The notes: a model not told the origin generated them from the letters alone. DNA of 64,000 bases from Acidimicrobiia bacterium (GCA_020850945.1 JADZDR010000022.1:82421-146420), one strand, 5' to 3'; shown: positions 32,109-40,941, counted from the stretch's first letter. Numbers and translations: made by a program.

Positions 32109-32176
32109 TTGGCACGTCCCGTACCTCGAGCCATACAATCAGGTTTAGACACACGTGTCCAATCGCACGTGTCACA
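32109..32176 (+). promoter_or_regulatory. Putative sigma70-type promoter (-35 TTGGCA, 18-bp spacer, -10 TACAAT) followed by two CACGTG-core operator-like sites (GACACACGTGTCC and GCACGTGTCACA) for the hotdog-hotdog-TetR operon.
   Basis: In the 149-bp divergent gap between the beta-oxidation operon and the hotdog gene start at 32187: ttggca at about 32109-32114, tacaat at about 32133-32138. The palindromic ACACGTGT lies at about 32151-32158 and CACGTG at about 32166-32171, immediately downstream of the -10 element, where an operator would overlap the transcription start. Confidence 0.4.
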
Positions 32177-32186
32177 GGAGGGCTTG

Positions 32187-32627
32187 ATGGCGAACGTTGA
32201 GGCAATCGGCACGGTGATCGGGAAGGTGTCCTTCCCTGTCGAGCTCGGCAAGGTGCGCGAGTTCGCGAAGGCTGTCCATGCAGGCAACCCGGAGTACGAC
32301 CGGAACGCGCCCGACGGGGCCGTCGCACCTCCGACCTTCCTCATGACGATGTCGCTCTGGGAGCCCGAGGGCGGCCCCAACATGCCCGACCTCGGCATGG
32401 ACTGGCTGCGCGTGCTTCACGGCGAGCAGGAGTTCGAGTACTTCGCTCCGATCCGGGTGGGTGACACACTCACGGTCACGACCCGGATCACGGACGTCTA
32501 CACGAAGCCGAGCTCGAAGGGCGGCGAGCTCTCCTTCGCCGTGTTCGAGAGCGAGTTCGAGAAACAGGACAGCGACCGCGTAGCCGTCTCACGCATGATC
32601 CTCGTCGAACCACCCAAGCGGAGCTGA
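32187..32627 (+). CDS. MaoC-like (R)-specific enoyl-CoA hydratase / HadA-like hotdog-fold subunit.
   Basis: Translation: MANVEAIGTVIGKVSFPVELGKVREFAKAVHAGNPEYD...GMDWLRVLHGEQEFEYFAPIRVGDTLTV. This is a hotdog-fold subunit lacking the catalytic motif. The ATG at 32187 follows ggaggg. Confidence 0.75.
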   Translation: MANVEAIGTVIGKVSFPVELGKVREFAKAVHAGNPEYDRNAPDGAVAPPTFLMTMSLWEPEGGPNMPDLGMDWLRVLHGEQEFEYFAPIRVGDTLTVTTRITDVYTKPSSKGGELSFAVFESEFEKQDSDRVAVSRMILVEPPKRS

Positions 32628-32629
32628 GC

Positions 32630-33049
32630 ATGACGACGACACCACCCCGACTGACCGTAGGTACCCGCGGGCCGGACTGGTCCAGCGACCCCCTCACGCG
32701 CACCGACTTCGTGCGCTACGCCGGCGCCTCGGGGGACATGAACCCCGTGCATCACGACGACACCATCGCGCAGGCGATCGGCAACCCCAGTGTCTTCGCG
32801 CACGGCATGCTGACGGCCGGCCTCCTCTCGTCCTACCTCGTCGACTGGCTCGGCGTCGGGACGTTGCGGTCCTTCAAAGTCCGGTTCCGCGAGAAGGTCC
32901 TTCCGGCAGACGTGCTCACGTGTCAGGCCGAGGTCACCGACGTGGCCGCAGGCAACGATGGGAAAGTCGCGACCATCGCGTGCTCCGTCGTGCGCGAGGA
33001 CGGATCGGTCGCGATCGAGGGCACGGCGACCGCCGCCTGCGCTCCCTGA
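32630..33049 (+). CDS. MaoC-like dehydratase, HadB-like catalytic hotdog subunit.
   Basis: Translation: FVRYAGASGDMNPVHHDDTIAQAIGNPSVFAHGMLTAGLLSSYLVDWLG. This is the hydratase-2 motif [D-x(4)-H] region. It lies 2 nt after the preceding hotdog gene. Confidence 0.8.
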   Translation: MTTTPPRLTVGTRGPDWSSDPLTRTDFVRYAGASGDMNPVHHDDTIAQAIGNPSVFAHGMLTAGLLSSYLVDWLGVGTLRSFKVRFREKVLPADVLTCQAEVTDVAAGNDGKVATIACSVVREDGSVAIEGTATAACAP

Positions 33050-33062
33050 GGAGCAGCGTCAC

Positions 33063-33680
33063 ATGGCCACCGCACCCAACATCGACAGGGAACGAGGCCT
33101 CTCCGACGAGCTCGCCGACCAGATATTCGAGGCCGCGATGCGAGTGTTCGCAGAGCGCGGCTTCGCCCGCGCCAAGGTGGAGGAGGTCGCGGAGGCGGCC
33201 GGCTTGGCACGGGCGACGATCTACTACCACTTCCGCACCAAGCGTGACCTATACGTGTTCCTCCTCCAGCGCGGAATCGAACAGATGGCCGTCCACGTCG
33301 AAACCGAGGTCGCAGGGATCGAGGACGGCCGCGAGGCAGTCGAGAGGCTCGTGGCGGCACATGTCGACTTCTTCGACCGCTATCAGGCCTTCACGCAGGT
33401 CGTCCTCCTCGAGACGTGGCGCATCGACCCCGAGGCCGACATCACCCCCGAACGCATCCTCGCACCCGACCTCGCCGTCGTCGGGCAGGTCCTCCAGAAG
33501 GCAAGGAACGAGGGCGTGGTCAAGAAACTGGACTCGGGAGTGCTCGTCTCCTCGTTCTTCGGCCTCGTCGCCGCCGCCGCCATCTACTTCGCCTCCTACC
33601 GCACCGAGTTCCCCCATGCGCGCATGAAGAAGGCGCTCGTCGAGATCTTCCTGCACGGTGTCCTGCGGGAGGCAGATTGA
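33063..33680 (+). CDS. TetR-family transcriptional regulator.
   Basis: Translation: IFEAAMRVFAERGFARAKVEEVAEAAGLARATIYYHFRTKRDLY. This is a TetR N-terminal HTH. Length is 205 aa from the ATG at 33063. Confidence 0.85.
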   Translation: MATAPNIDRERGLSDELADQIFEAAMRVFAERGFARAKVEEVAEAAGLARATIYYHFRTKRDLYVFLLQRGIEQMAVHVETEVAGIEDGREAVERLVAAHVDFFDRYQAFTQVVLLETWRIDPEADITPERILAPDLAVVGQVLQKARNEGVVKKLDSGVLVSSFFGLVAAAAIYFASYRTEFPHARMKKALVEIFLHGVLREAD

Positions 33681-34705
33681 GACCCGCTCTCTTCTCGACG
33701 GCCACGCTCGCCGGTGAAGGCCGGCAACGCCTCGAAGCCGACTTCGACGTCACGGTGGAGTGCTGGCTCGATCCGGCCCCGCCGCGGATCATGGGCGACG
33801 AAGAGCTCGCCACCCGCTGCGGCGACCTCGGCGTCCGCGTGCTGGTCGTCGAGGCGGACATCGTCGGCCGCGCCGTCTTCGAGTCCCTCGACGGCCTCGC
33901 TGTCGTGGTGGCGACGCGGGGTGACCCCTGGAACCTGGATCTCGAAGCAGCCACGGCTGCGGGCGTCCTCGCCCTGCGCACACCCGGCCGCAACGCGGCC
34001 GCGGTCGCCGAGTTCACGATCGGCCTCATGTTCGCGGCTGCCCGCGGCATCGCCCGTGCGGACGCCGACGTACGGGCGGGCCGATTCGTCGATGCCGACC
34101 GCATCCCCCAGCAGCGATTCCGTGGTCCGCAACTGACCGCGAAGACGCTCGGCCTCGTCGGCTACGGAGCAGTCGGCCACGAGACGGCGTGGCGGGCACG
34201 CGCCCTCGGCATGCAAGTCCTCGTCTACGACCCCTACGCCGACCCGGCCGACATCCGCTCACACGGAAACGAGCCGGTCGCAGAGCTGAAGGAGGTGCTG
34301 CAGCGCAGCCTCTTCGTCTCGATCCACGCCGCCAAGACCGACGAGACCGTCGGCATGATCGGCGAGGACGAGATCGCGCAGATGCCCGACGGGGCCTATC
34401 TCGTCAACACCGCCCGCGAGGCGATCGTGGACCGGGCCGCGCTCACGGCCGCCCTCGAGTCGGGCAAGCTCGCCGGGGCGGGCCTCGACCACTTCGAGGG
34501 CGAGTTCCTCGACCCCGCCGACCCGCTCTGCTCCCTTCCCAACGTCGTCCTCACACCGCACATCGGCGGCGCATCCGTCGATGCCGACATCACGCACACG
34601 ACGATGGTCGCCGACGCTCTCGCCGCCCTCCTCGCGGGCGCAGAACCCGCCGGGATGCTCGACGCGTCGTGCCTCTCCGCGGCGAGAGAGCGGCTCCGGG
34701 CGTGA
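33677..34705 (+). CDS. D-isomer-specific 2-hydroxyacid dehydrogenase (NAD-binding, phosphoglycerate/glyoxylate reductase-like).
   Basis: Translation: LGLVGYGAVGHETAWRARALGMQVLVYDPY (GxGxxG Rossmann), NTAREAIVD...LDHFEGE...VVLTPHIGGAS (catalytic His). The TTG start at 33677 overlaps the TetR stop (gaTTGAg) and follows gggagg. Confidence 0.8.
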   Translation: MRPALFSTATLAGEGRQRLEADFDVTVECWLDPAPPRIMGDEELATRCGDLGVRVLVVEADIVGRAVFESLDGLAVVVATRGDPWNLDLEAATAAGVLALRTPGRNAAAVAEFTIGLMFAAARGIARADADVRAGRFVDADRIPQQRFRGPQLTAKTLGLVGYGAVGHETAWRARALGMQVLVYDPYADPADIRSHGNEPVAELKEVLQRSLFVSIHAAKTDETVGMIGEDEIAQMPDGAYLVNTAREAIVDRAALTAALESGKLAGAGLDHFEGEFLDPADPLCSLPNVVLTPHIGGASVDADITHTTMVADALAALLAGAEPAGMLDASCLSAARERLRA

Positions 34706-36171
34706 GTCGTGTCCTCGTCCTCGACACGGGATCGAAGACCGTGCGGGCCGCCTGCGTGGAGGACGGGCTGCTGGTCACGTCCGCATCCGTTCCCCACGTC
34801 CTCGTCGAACCGGCGGATGCGTTCGCCGGCAAGGAGTGGGACCCGCAACAGCTGTGGCAGGACACGTGCCGCGCGATCCGAGAGGCGTGCGCGGACGTGC
34901 CTCCGGATGTGGTGGTCGCCTCGACGCAGCGACTCGCCGTCGTCCTCCTCGACAGCGCCGGCCATGCCCTCTACGCAGGCCCCAACAGCGACGCCCGCGG
35001 CCTCCTCGAGGCAGTTGAGCTCATGCGCGCACACGAACCGCACATGTCGGCTGTGACGGGCCACCGGCCCCCGATCGTCCTCGTGCCCCCCCGGATCGCC
35101 TGGATGCGCAAGCACCGACCCGCACTCGCAGACTCGATCCGCACCGTCCTCTCCCTGGCCGACTGGTACGCGTACCGCCTCACACGTGAGCTCTGTGCCG
35201 AGCCGACGCTGGCAGGAGCGAGCGGTCTCCTCGACGTGTCCACGGCGCGTTGGGCCGCTGACGTCGCCGCCTGGGGTGTCGATCCCGCCTGGCTCCCCGA
35301 CCTGCGGCGGCCCGGGGACCTCCTCGGCCCCGTGACCGACGAGGCTGAGGGCGAGACCGGGATCCCGGCGGGAACGCCCGTCGCTGTCGGTTGCGCCGAC
35401 ACGATGGCCGGTCTCCTCGGCATGGGGACGGTCGATGCCGGTGCCGTCGGTGTCGTCGCCGGCTCCACGCTCCCCGTCATGGCGGTCCACTCCGCTCCCC
35501 CGCAGGATCCCTCGAACCGCTGCTGGCGGGGCTGTCACGCCCCCAGGGATCGCTTCGTCCTCGAGGTGAACGGTGGCGAGGCCGGGATCGCCCAGGCGTG
35601 GCTGGCCGCGTTGCTCGGCGTCTCCCCCGAGGACTTGCACGTGCTCGCGGCGGAGGCGGCACCGGCGGAGCTCCCGCCTGCCATCCTCGGCCCGGCCCCG
35701 ATGGACTTCTCCGACATGCCGCTCGCGATCCAGGGCGAGCTCCGCGTCCCACTGCCCGTGGGAGTGCTCGGCCCCGGCAAACCCGGTGTGGCACGGGCGT
35801 TCGTCGAGAACCTCGCGTACGCAGTGGGCCGGGCCCGCGACTGGCTCGACGCAGACGGGATCGCGAGCCTCGACCTCGGGGGAGGCCTGTCCGAGTCCGG
35901 CCTCCTCCCCACCGTGCTCGCTTCCGTCCTCGGTATCCCTGTCCGGCACCACGGCATTGGGGTCACGACACGAGGCGCCGCCCTGTGCGGGGAAGCCGCC
36001 CTCGGGCGGATCTCGGACCTCGCGGAGGCCGGCCGTGACCTCGGGGCCGCCGCCCCGTCGGTCGATCCCGACCCGGCCTGGATCGACACCTATGCGGCCG
36101 GGTACACCGCCTGGGTGCAAGCCCACGACCGCGCACTCGCGAACGCGATTCGCATATCTGCAATGACCTGA
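34702..36171 (+). CDS. FGGY-family carbohydrate kinase.
   Basis: Translation: VLVLDTGSKTVRAACVEDG (N-terminal actin-like phosphate-1 motif), PVAVGCADTMAGLLGMG, LDLGGGLSESGLLPTVLASVLGIPV. The GTG start overlaps the preceding stop (cGTGAg). Length is 489 aa. Confidence 0.8.
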   Translation: MSRVLVLDTGSKTVRAACVEDGLLVTSASVPHVLVEPADAFAGKEWDPQQLWQDTCRAIREACADVPPDVVVASTQRLAVVLLDSAGHALYAGPNSDARGLLEAVELMRAHEPHMSAVTGHRPPIVLVPPRIAWMRKHRPALADSIRTVLSLADWYAYRLTRELCAEPTLAGASGLLDVSTARWAADVAAWGVDPAWLPDLRRPGDLLGPVTDEAEGETGIPAGTPVAVGCADTMAGLLGMGTVDAGAVGVVAGSTLPVMAVHSAPPQDPSNRCWRGCHAPRDRFVLEVNGGEAGIAQAWLAALLGVSPEDLHVLAAEAAPAELPPAILGPAPMDFSDMPLAIQGELRVPLPVGVLGPGKPGVARAFVENLAYAVGRARDWLDADGIASLDLGGGLSESGLLPTVLASVLGIPVRHHGIGVTTRGAALCGEAALGRISDLAEAGRDLGAAAPSVDPDPAWIDTYAAGYTAWVQAHDRALANAIRISAMT

Positions 36172-36203
36172 CCCGGGCGGGTCGAACCGAGGAGGTGGAC
36201 CAC

Positions 36204-36863
36204 GTGAGATACGAAGCCGAGAGAACCGCCGTCGTGTCGACAGCGCGCGAACTGTTCGAGCGCGATCTGGTCGCGGGCACGTCGGGCAACGTGAGCCTGC
36301 AGGTGGAGGATGATCTGGTCGCGATCACGCCCCACGGCACTCGTTACGAGACCATGCAACCGACCGACATCATCCTCGTGGACCTGCAGGGTGACGTGGT
36401 CGAGGGCGACCTGCAACCCTCGGTCGAGACCGCGATCCACCTGCGTGCGATCGCGGCCCGCCGCGACGTGACGGCCGTCGTGCACTCGCATCCCCTGTAC
36501 GCGTCGATGTTCGCGCTCGCGCATCGCCCCATCCCCGCCCTCATCGACGAGTTCGTCGTCGAGTGCGGCGCCGAGATCCCGTGTGCCGGATACGCGATCT
36601 CGGGCACCGACGACCTGGCCCAGAACGTCGTCGCGGCACTCGGCGCGTTCGGACGGGCCGCCCTCATGGTGAACCACGGTCTCGTCGTCGCCCACACCGA
36701 TCTCGACCACTGCCTCGCGCTCACGGCCGCCATCGACCGCACAGCACACATAGTCCTAGGCGCGGAGTCCCTCGGTGGCGCCGTTCCCCTCCCCGCCGAG
36801 GCCGCCAACCTCTACACGGCCGTCTACGAGTACAAGGTGAAAGAAGCCAAGGGCGAGACCTGA
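36204..36863 (+). CDS. Class II aldolase/adducin-family protein (fuculose-1-P aldolase / ribulose-5-P 4-epimerase-like).
   Basis: Translation: VAGTSGNVSLQVEDDLVAITPHGTRYETMQPTDIILVD...ETAIHLRAIAARRDVTAVVHSHPLYASMFAL. This is the Zn-binding His cluster of class II aldolases. The GTG at 36204 follows ggaggt with 6-nt spacing. Confidence 0.8.
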   Translation: MRYEAERTAVVSTARELFERDLVAGTSGNVSLQVEDDLVAITPHGTRYETMQPTDIILVDLQGDVVEGDLQPSVETAIHLRAIAARRDVTAVVHSHPLYASMFALAHRPIPALIDEFVVECGAEIPCAGYAISGTDDLAQNVVAALGAFGRAALMVNHGLVVAHTDLDHCLALTAAIDRTAHIVLGAESLGGAVPLPAEAANLYTAVYEYKVKEAKGET

Positions 36864-36869
36864 ACGCGA

Positions 36870-36911
36870 CTGGGTACCTGAGCGGCCGTATACGGCCGCT
36901 CAGGTACCCAG
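36870..36911. terminator. 42-bp perfect palindrome, a candidate bidirectional intrinsic terminator between convergent genes.
   Basis: CTGGGTACCTGAGCGGCCG-TATA-CGGCCGCTCAGGTACCCAG is a 19-bp GC-rich stem with a 4-nt loop. It sits exactly between the aldolase stop (36863) and the amidohydrolase stop (36931). There is no U-tract, as is common in actinobacterial terminators. Confidence 0.55.
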
Positions 36912-36930
36912 GTCGGGTGTGGGTCGGCGC

Positions 36931-38052
36931 TCAGGCGGCGCTGATCCCGAAGACCGTCTCGGCGTTACCGCACAGCACCTTCTCGCGGTCGGCGTCGGGC
37001 AGGTCCTTCACGGAATCGGCGATGAAACGCTTCGACTCCGGGTACGTCGACGTCGGATGCGGGAAGTCCGCCTCCCACATGATGTTGTCGACACCGATGG
37101 CATCGCACATGGACTGCGTGATGCGCTCGTACCAGAACGTGACGTACACCTGGCGCTTGAAGTACTCCGACGGCTTCATCTCGAGGCCCTCGTTCCAGAG
37201 CCGCTGCCGGTCCCACTGGTGGTCCGCCGTCTCGAGGAGGTAGGGCACCCAGCCCACACCGCTCTCGACGGAGATGAACTTGAGATCGGGGAATCGCTGT
37301 GGCACGCCGGAGAAGAGCAGGTTGGTGATGTCTGCGATGTTGCTCGTGATGGCCGTGGTCGAGACCATGGCGAGCCGAGAGAACGGGCCGTAGCCCTCCC
37401 ATGGCTCGGGTACTGCCCCGTGCGACCCGATGTGCAGGGCGACCGGGATGCCGAGCTCCTGACACGTGTTCCAGAGCGGGTCCCAGCCGGGGTCGTTGAA
37501 GTCGAGCATCCCGAATGCCTGCGGGGCGGACGACCACATCACGGCCTTGTGCCCGATGCCGACGGCCCGCTCGACCTCCTCCGCCGCGAGCCGCGGGTCC
37601 CAGAGTGGTGCCAGCGCCTGGGGCACGAACCTGTCGCTGACGGCACCCCATTCCTCGGCGACGTAGTCGTTGTAGGCCCGGATGTGGGCAAGGCGCATCT
37701 CGTCCGTGCCCCGCGAGGACATGAAAGGCCCGCCCCCGAAGCCCGAGAACTGCGGGAAGAGCACCTCCACGTCCACACCGTCTGCATCCATCACCTCGAG
37801 GCGGCTCACCGGGTCGTAAGCGGCAGCGGGTAGCTCGTCGTAGGTGTCGACGGGGCCGCGATCCTCCCGACACGCCGCCGCGCTCGTGCTCACCTTGCGC
37901 ACCGGTTCGCCTGCGTACACCCACCAGTCCACACCGTTGTCGTCACGGCTGAGCTGGAGGGCGTCCTCCTTCATGCTTTCGGGCAGCCTGGACGTGAACG
38001 TGTCCGGCCGCTCGATCACGTGATCATCGACTGATATGACCTTGCCTGTCAT
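36931..38052 (-). CDS. Amidohydrolase-2 family (PF04909; ACMSD/LigW-like TIM-barrel metal-dependent hydrolase/decarboxylase).
   Basis: Translation: MTGKVISVDDHVIERPDTFTSRLP...YDPVSRLEVMDADGVDVEVLFP...LHIGSHG...ISVESGVGWVPYLLETADHQWD...NIMWEADFPHPTSTY. The ATG at 38052 follows aagggga. Confidence 0.8.
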   Translation of the reverse strand: MTGKVISVDDHVIERPDTFTSRLPESMKEDALQLSRDDNGVDWWVYAGEPVRKVSTSAAACREDRGPVDTYDELPAAAYDPVSRLEVMDADGVDVEVLFPQFSGFGGGPFMSSRGTDEMRLAHIRAYNDYVAEEWGAVSDRFVPQALAPLWDPRLAAEEVERAVGIGHKAVMWSSAPQAFGMLDFNDPGWDPLWNTCQELGIPVALHIGSHGAVPEPWEGYGPFSRLAMVSTTAITSNIADITNLLFSGVPQRFPDLKFISVESGVGWVPYLLETADHQWDRQRLWNEGLEMKPSEYFKRQVYVTFWYERITQSMCDAIGVDNIMWEADFPHPTSTYPESKRFIADSVKDLPDADREKVLCGNAETVFGISAA

Positions 38053-38083
38053 CCTTGTTCCCCTTCGCTCTCGTTCGCCGCCT

Positions 38084-38530
38084 TCAGCCGGCACACTCCT
38101 CGAAAAACGCCTGCAGCGATGCGTTCAGCCGGTAGAACGTGTCCATGCCGAGCTGAGTTGCACCGCGCAGATGGACGCGGTCGTCTGCCAGGACCAGGGT
38201 GTTGAGGGTGTGACTCGGATCGGCCCGTCCCTTCTCGACGACGTGGGCGATCAGGTCCTCCCAGTCCCGGCGGTCGGCCGCCAGGTAGTAGTCGCAGTCG
38301 GGGCCGTCGAGACGCTGCGCGTCGACCTCCTCCACCGACGTGCACTCGAAGTCCCGGAAGCCGAGGAGGATGGCCGCCTCGGGTGAGCCGTCCTCCCCGT
38401 CGACACGGAAGCCGACGCGGGCATCGTTCATGCCGAGTCGCCTGTAGCGATCCGGGTCGGCCTGCATCGCCGCCGCCATGTCGTCGAACCAGGCCTTGGT
38501 GAGGGGTTGGGCCCCCACGGCACTCGTCAT
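38084..38530 (-). CDS. Small hypothetical protein (148 aa), possibly an NTF2/SnoaL-like fold, translationally coupled to the upstream amidohydrolase.
   Basis: Translation: MTSAVGAQPLTKAWFDDMAAAMQADPDRYRRLGMNDARVGFRVDGEDG...LVLADDRVHLRGATQLGMDTFYRLNASLQAFFEECAG. The ATG overlaps the amidohydrolase stop (ATGA). The track shows it only as the tail of a 564-aa composite ORF. Confidence 0.55.
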   Translation of the reverse strand: MTSAVGAQPLTKAWFDDMAAAMQADPDRYRRLGMNDARVGFRVDGEDGSPEAAILLGFRDFECTSVEEVDAQRLDGPDCDYYLAADRRDWEDLIAHVVEKGRADPSHTLNTLVLADDRVHLRGATQLGMDTFYRLNASLQAFFEECAG

Positions 38531-39708
38531 GTCGTCTCCTCCCCCTTGCTGCCCTGTCCGTTTCCGAGGCCGAACACACGCATGGCATTGCCGGCCACGA
38601 TCGCGTGCCGCTCTTCCGGCGGCAGGTGCCCGAAGTGCTCCTCGAGGATCTTGCGGGAGTGCGGGAACGTCGTGTCGCTGTGCGGGTAGTCGACCTCCCA
38701 CATGATGTTGGCCACGCCGATCGAGTCCCGGGCCGCGATCCCGGCATCGTCCACGATGAACGTGGCGACCATGTTGTCCCGGAAGTACTCGCTGGGACGG
38801 CGCGGGATCTCGGCGCCTGTCCAGAAGCGGTGCCTCTCCCACGTGTGGTCGAGTCGCTCGAGGAAGTAGGGGATCCAGCCGATGCCGCTCTCGACGGAGA
38901 CGATCGTGAGGCCGGGGTGGCTGTCGAGCACACCGGAGAAGATGATGTTGGCGAGGGCGCCGTAGTTCGAGAGCGGTGCCGTGGCGACGACGGTCTCGGC
39001 GGCGAGATGGTCGCCTCCCGCCTCGGCACCGATCAGCTCGCTCGCCACCTGGCGGGCGAGGGATCCGCCGATGTGGGACGCAAGGGGCACGCCGCACTCC
39101 TCCGCCGCCGCGAATACCGGGGTCCAGTAGGCGTCGCCGATGGCGGGGAGGCCTATCGCGTGCGGGAGGCCCGGGAAGAGCGCGCCGCGGTGTCCGAGCT
39201 CGACGGCACGCACGAGCTCGGCGGCCGCAGCCTCCGCGTCCCACAGGGGCAGGATCGCCTGCGGGATGAGTCGCTCGGGATCGGTGGCGCAGAAGTCCTC
39301 GGCGAGCCAGTCGTTGTATGCCCGGACGCAGAAGGCGCCGAGCTCGGAATCCTTCTCGCCGATCATGGCGAAGGTGTTGCCGGCGGGGCCGGGCAGCGTG
39401 CCGAAGAGGATCTCGGCGTCGACACCGTCGGTATCCATGTCCTCGAGGCGGGCGACCGCGTCGTAGCAGCCGGGCCGCATGTCGGCGAAGCGGGCCGCCT
39501 TGGCGGTGAAGTCCTCTGCCTTGCGTCCCGCCATAGCCGACAGTCCCGATATCGGGCGGCGGCGGCCGTCGATCTCCCAGAAGTCGCCGTCGTCGGTCGC
39601 CACGATCTTGGGCACCCGGTCTCGCAGGGACGCAGGCGCACGTGACTCCCAGACGTCGGCCGGTTCGACGACGTGGTCGTCGGTGGATATGACTTCGTAT
39701 GTCCTCAC
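38527..39708 (-). CDS. Amidohydrolase-2 family (PF04909) paralogue.
   Basis: Translation: MRTYEVISTDDHVVEPADVWESRAP...VARLEDMDTDGVDAEILFG...SHIGGS...SVESGIGWIPYFLERLDHTWE...NIMWEVDYPHSDTTFP. It has the same domain order as 36931..38052. Confidence 0.8.
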   Translation of the reverse strand: MRTYEVISTDDHVVEPADVWESRAPASLRDRVPKIVATDDGDFWEIDGRRRPISGLSAMAGRKAEDFTAKAARFADMRPGCYDAVARLEDMDTDGVDAEILFGTLPGPAGNTFAMIGEKDSELGAFCVRAYNDWLAEDFCATDPERLIPQAILPLWDAEAAAAELVRAVELGHRGALFPGLPHAIGLPAIGDAYWTPVFAAAEECGVPLASHIGGSLARQVASELIGAEAGGDHLAAETVVATAPLSNYGALANIIFSGVLDSHPGLTIVSVESGIGWIPYFLERLDHTWERHRFWTGAEIPRRPSEYFRDNMVATFIVDDAGIAARDSIGVANIMWEVDYPHSDTTFPHSRKILEEHFGHLPPEERHAIVAGNAMRVFGLGNGQGSKGEETT

Positions 39709-39747
39709 GGCATCGGCCTCCTCTCGCTTGCGCTGTCTCGAGACATC

Positions 39748-40908
39748 TCAGATGGGGAGCTCTTCGGGGTACATGCACCGGTCGGTGCGATCGAACCCCG
39801 CCTGCTTGATCCGCATGAGGTACTCCTCACGCATCTTCCGGTAGAGCGCCTTGTAGACCTCGAGGCCCTTGTCCATGCCGTCCACACCCTCACCGGCGAG
39901 GATCGCACACGCCTCGAGCGTGGTCGGGTGGAGGAAGAAGAAGCTCGTGAAGAACATCTCCGAGATCGAGGCGAGGTAGTGCAACTCCTCGAGACGGCGC
40001 TCGACGTCGGGTGCGTGCTCGATCATGTACTTGAGGTGCAGCGTGCCGTAGGCGACGTGGCGCGCCTCGTCCTGCATGACCATGCGGAAGATCTGCTTGT
40101 CGACGTCCGTCTTGCCGAGGAACTCGCCGAAGCGGAACATCGAGAGGATCGCCCCCTCGAACACGACGTGGACGCCGTAGGACGTGAAGGCCCACGAACC
40201 GAAGAGGATGTTGTCGGCGAGCGAGCTCTGCTGGGCGAGTTGGCTGCCGAAGTTGATCGCCTGGCCGAGCCCACCGCCGTTCGCGAAGATGCGCTTGCGG
40301 AAGACCTCGGTGTGGCGTGCCTCGTCCATCGCCTGGGAGGCGAGGAAGAGCTTGATCTCGTGGAAGTAGGTGTTGAACTTGGGGATCCAGCTCGCGAGCA
40401 CGTCGGTCGCGAGGTATTCGGCCATCGTGAGGAAGGTGTTGAACTGACAGAGAGCCCGCTCCATGTCGGGCGGGAGCTCCTCCATGCGTGACCACTCGAT
40501 GTCCTCGGTGGCGCTCCACTGGCGGCTGCACGCCTCTTCGTAGAGGGGAACGAGGTTCTCGGCCCAGACCTCCCACCGCTCGTTGATGCCCCAGTTCACC
40601 GTCGTGGGCTCACGTTCGGTTCCTCCCCCGCGCGGGGCGGCGAGGGGCGGCGCGAACGCCTCCGGGAAGAGACCCGACGCCTTGTCGATGTCCATGAGGG
40701 TGAGCCCCCGCCGTGAGGGTTGCGCCCGCACCCCCCACTGACCCCAGCGGGTCCCGTCCGGCGCGGCGTTGAACCAGCCGAGATCGAAGTCACCGTTGCG
40801 GACGCGTCTCGCGTATTCGTCGGCGTTCAGTTGCTCGACGAACTCCGCCTTCGTGGGCAGGGCAGCGAACGCGGGGACCTCGCGGATCTGTGAGAACGTC
40901 GAGACCAT
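39748..40908 (-). CDS. Ferritin-like diiron-carboxylate protein (AurF / acyl-ACP-desaturase-like oxygenase superfamily).
   Basis: It has two (D/E)EARH motifs (LASQAMDEARHTEVF and MVMQDEARHVAYGTLH) plus upstream Glu-rich helices (ERWEVWAENLVPLYEE...ATEDIEW). This matches the four-helix-bundle diiron pattern. The start was taken at the second ATG (MVSTF...) after gggggattgac. Confidence 0.65.
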   Translation of the reverse strand: MVSTFSQIREVPAFAALPTKAEFVEQLNADEYARRVRNGDFDLGWFNAAPDGTRWGQWGVRAQPSRRGLTLMDIDKASGLFPEAFAPPLAAPRGGGTEREPTTVNWGINERWEVWAENLVPLYEEACSRQWSATEDIEWSRMEELPPDMERALCQFNTFLTMAEYLATDVLASWIPKFNTYFHEIKLFLASQAMDEARHTEVFRKRIFANGGGLGQAINFGSQLAQQSSLADNILFGSWAFTSYGVHVVFEGAILSMFRFGEFLGKTDVDKQIFRMVMQDEARHVAYGTLHLKYMIEHAPDVERRLEELHYLASISEMFFTSFFFLHPTTLEACAILAGEGVDGMDKGLEVYKALYRKMREEYLMRIKQAGFDRTDRCMYPEELPI

Positions 40909-40941
40909 GTCAATCCCCCATCGCAAACTCTGACGTTCATG

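Noticed and set aside
38084-39778. 564-aa minus-strand ORF.
   Set aside because: Composite artefact: only the last 148 codons (38084..38530) look like a real protein. The upstream about 415 codons are an out-of-frame overlap of the amidohydrolase gene 38527..39708 with junk composition.
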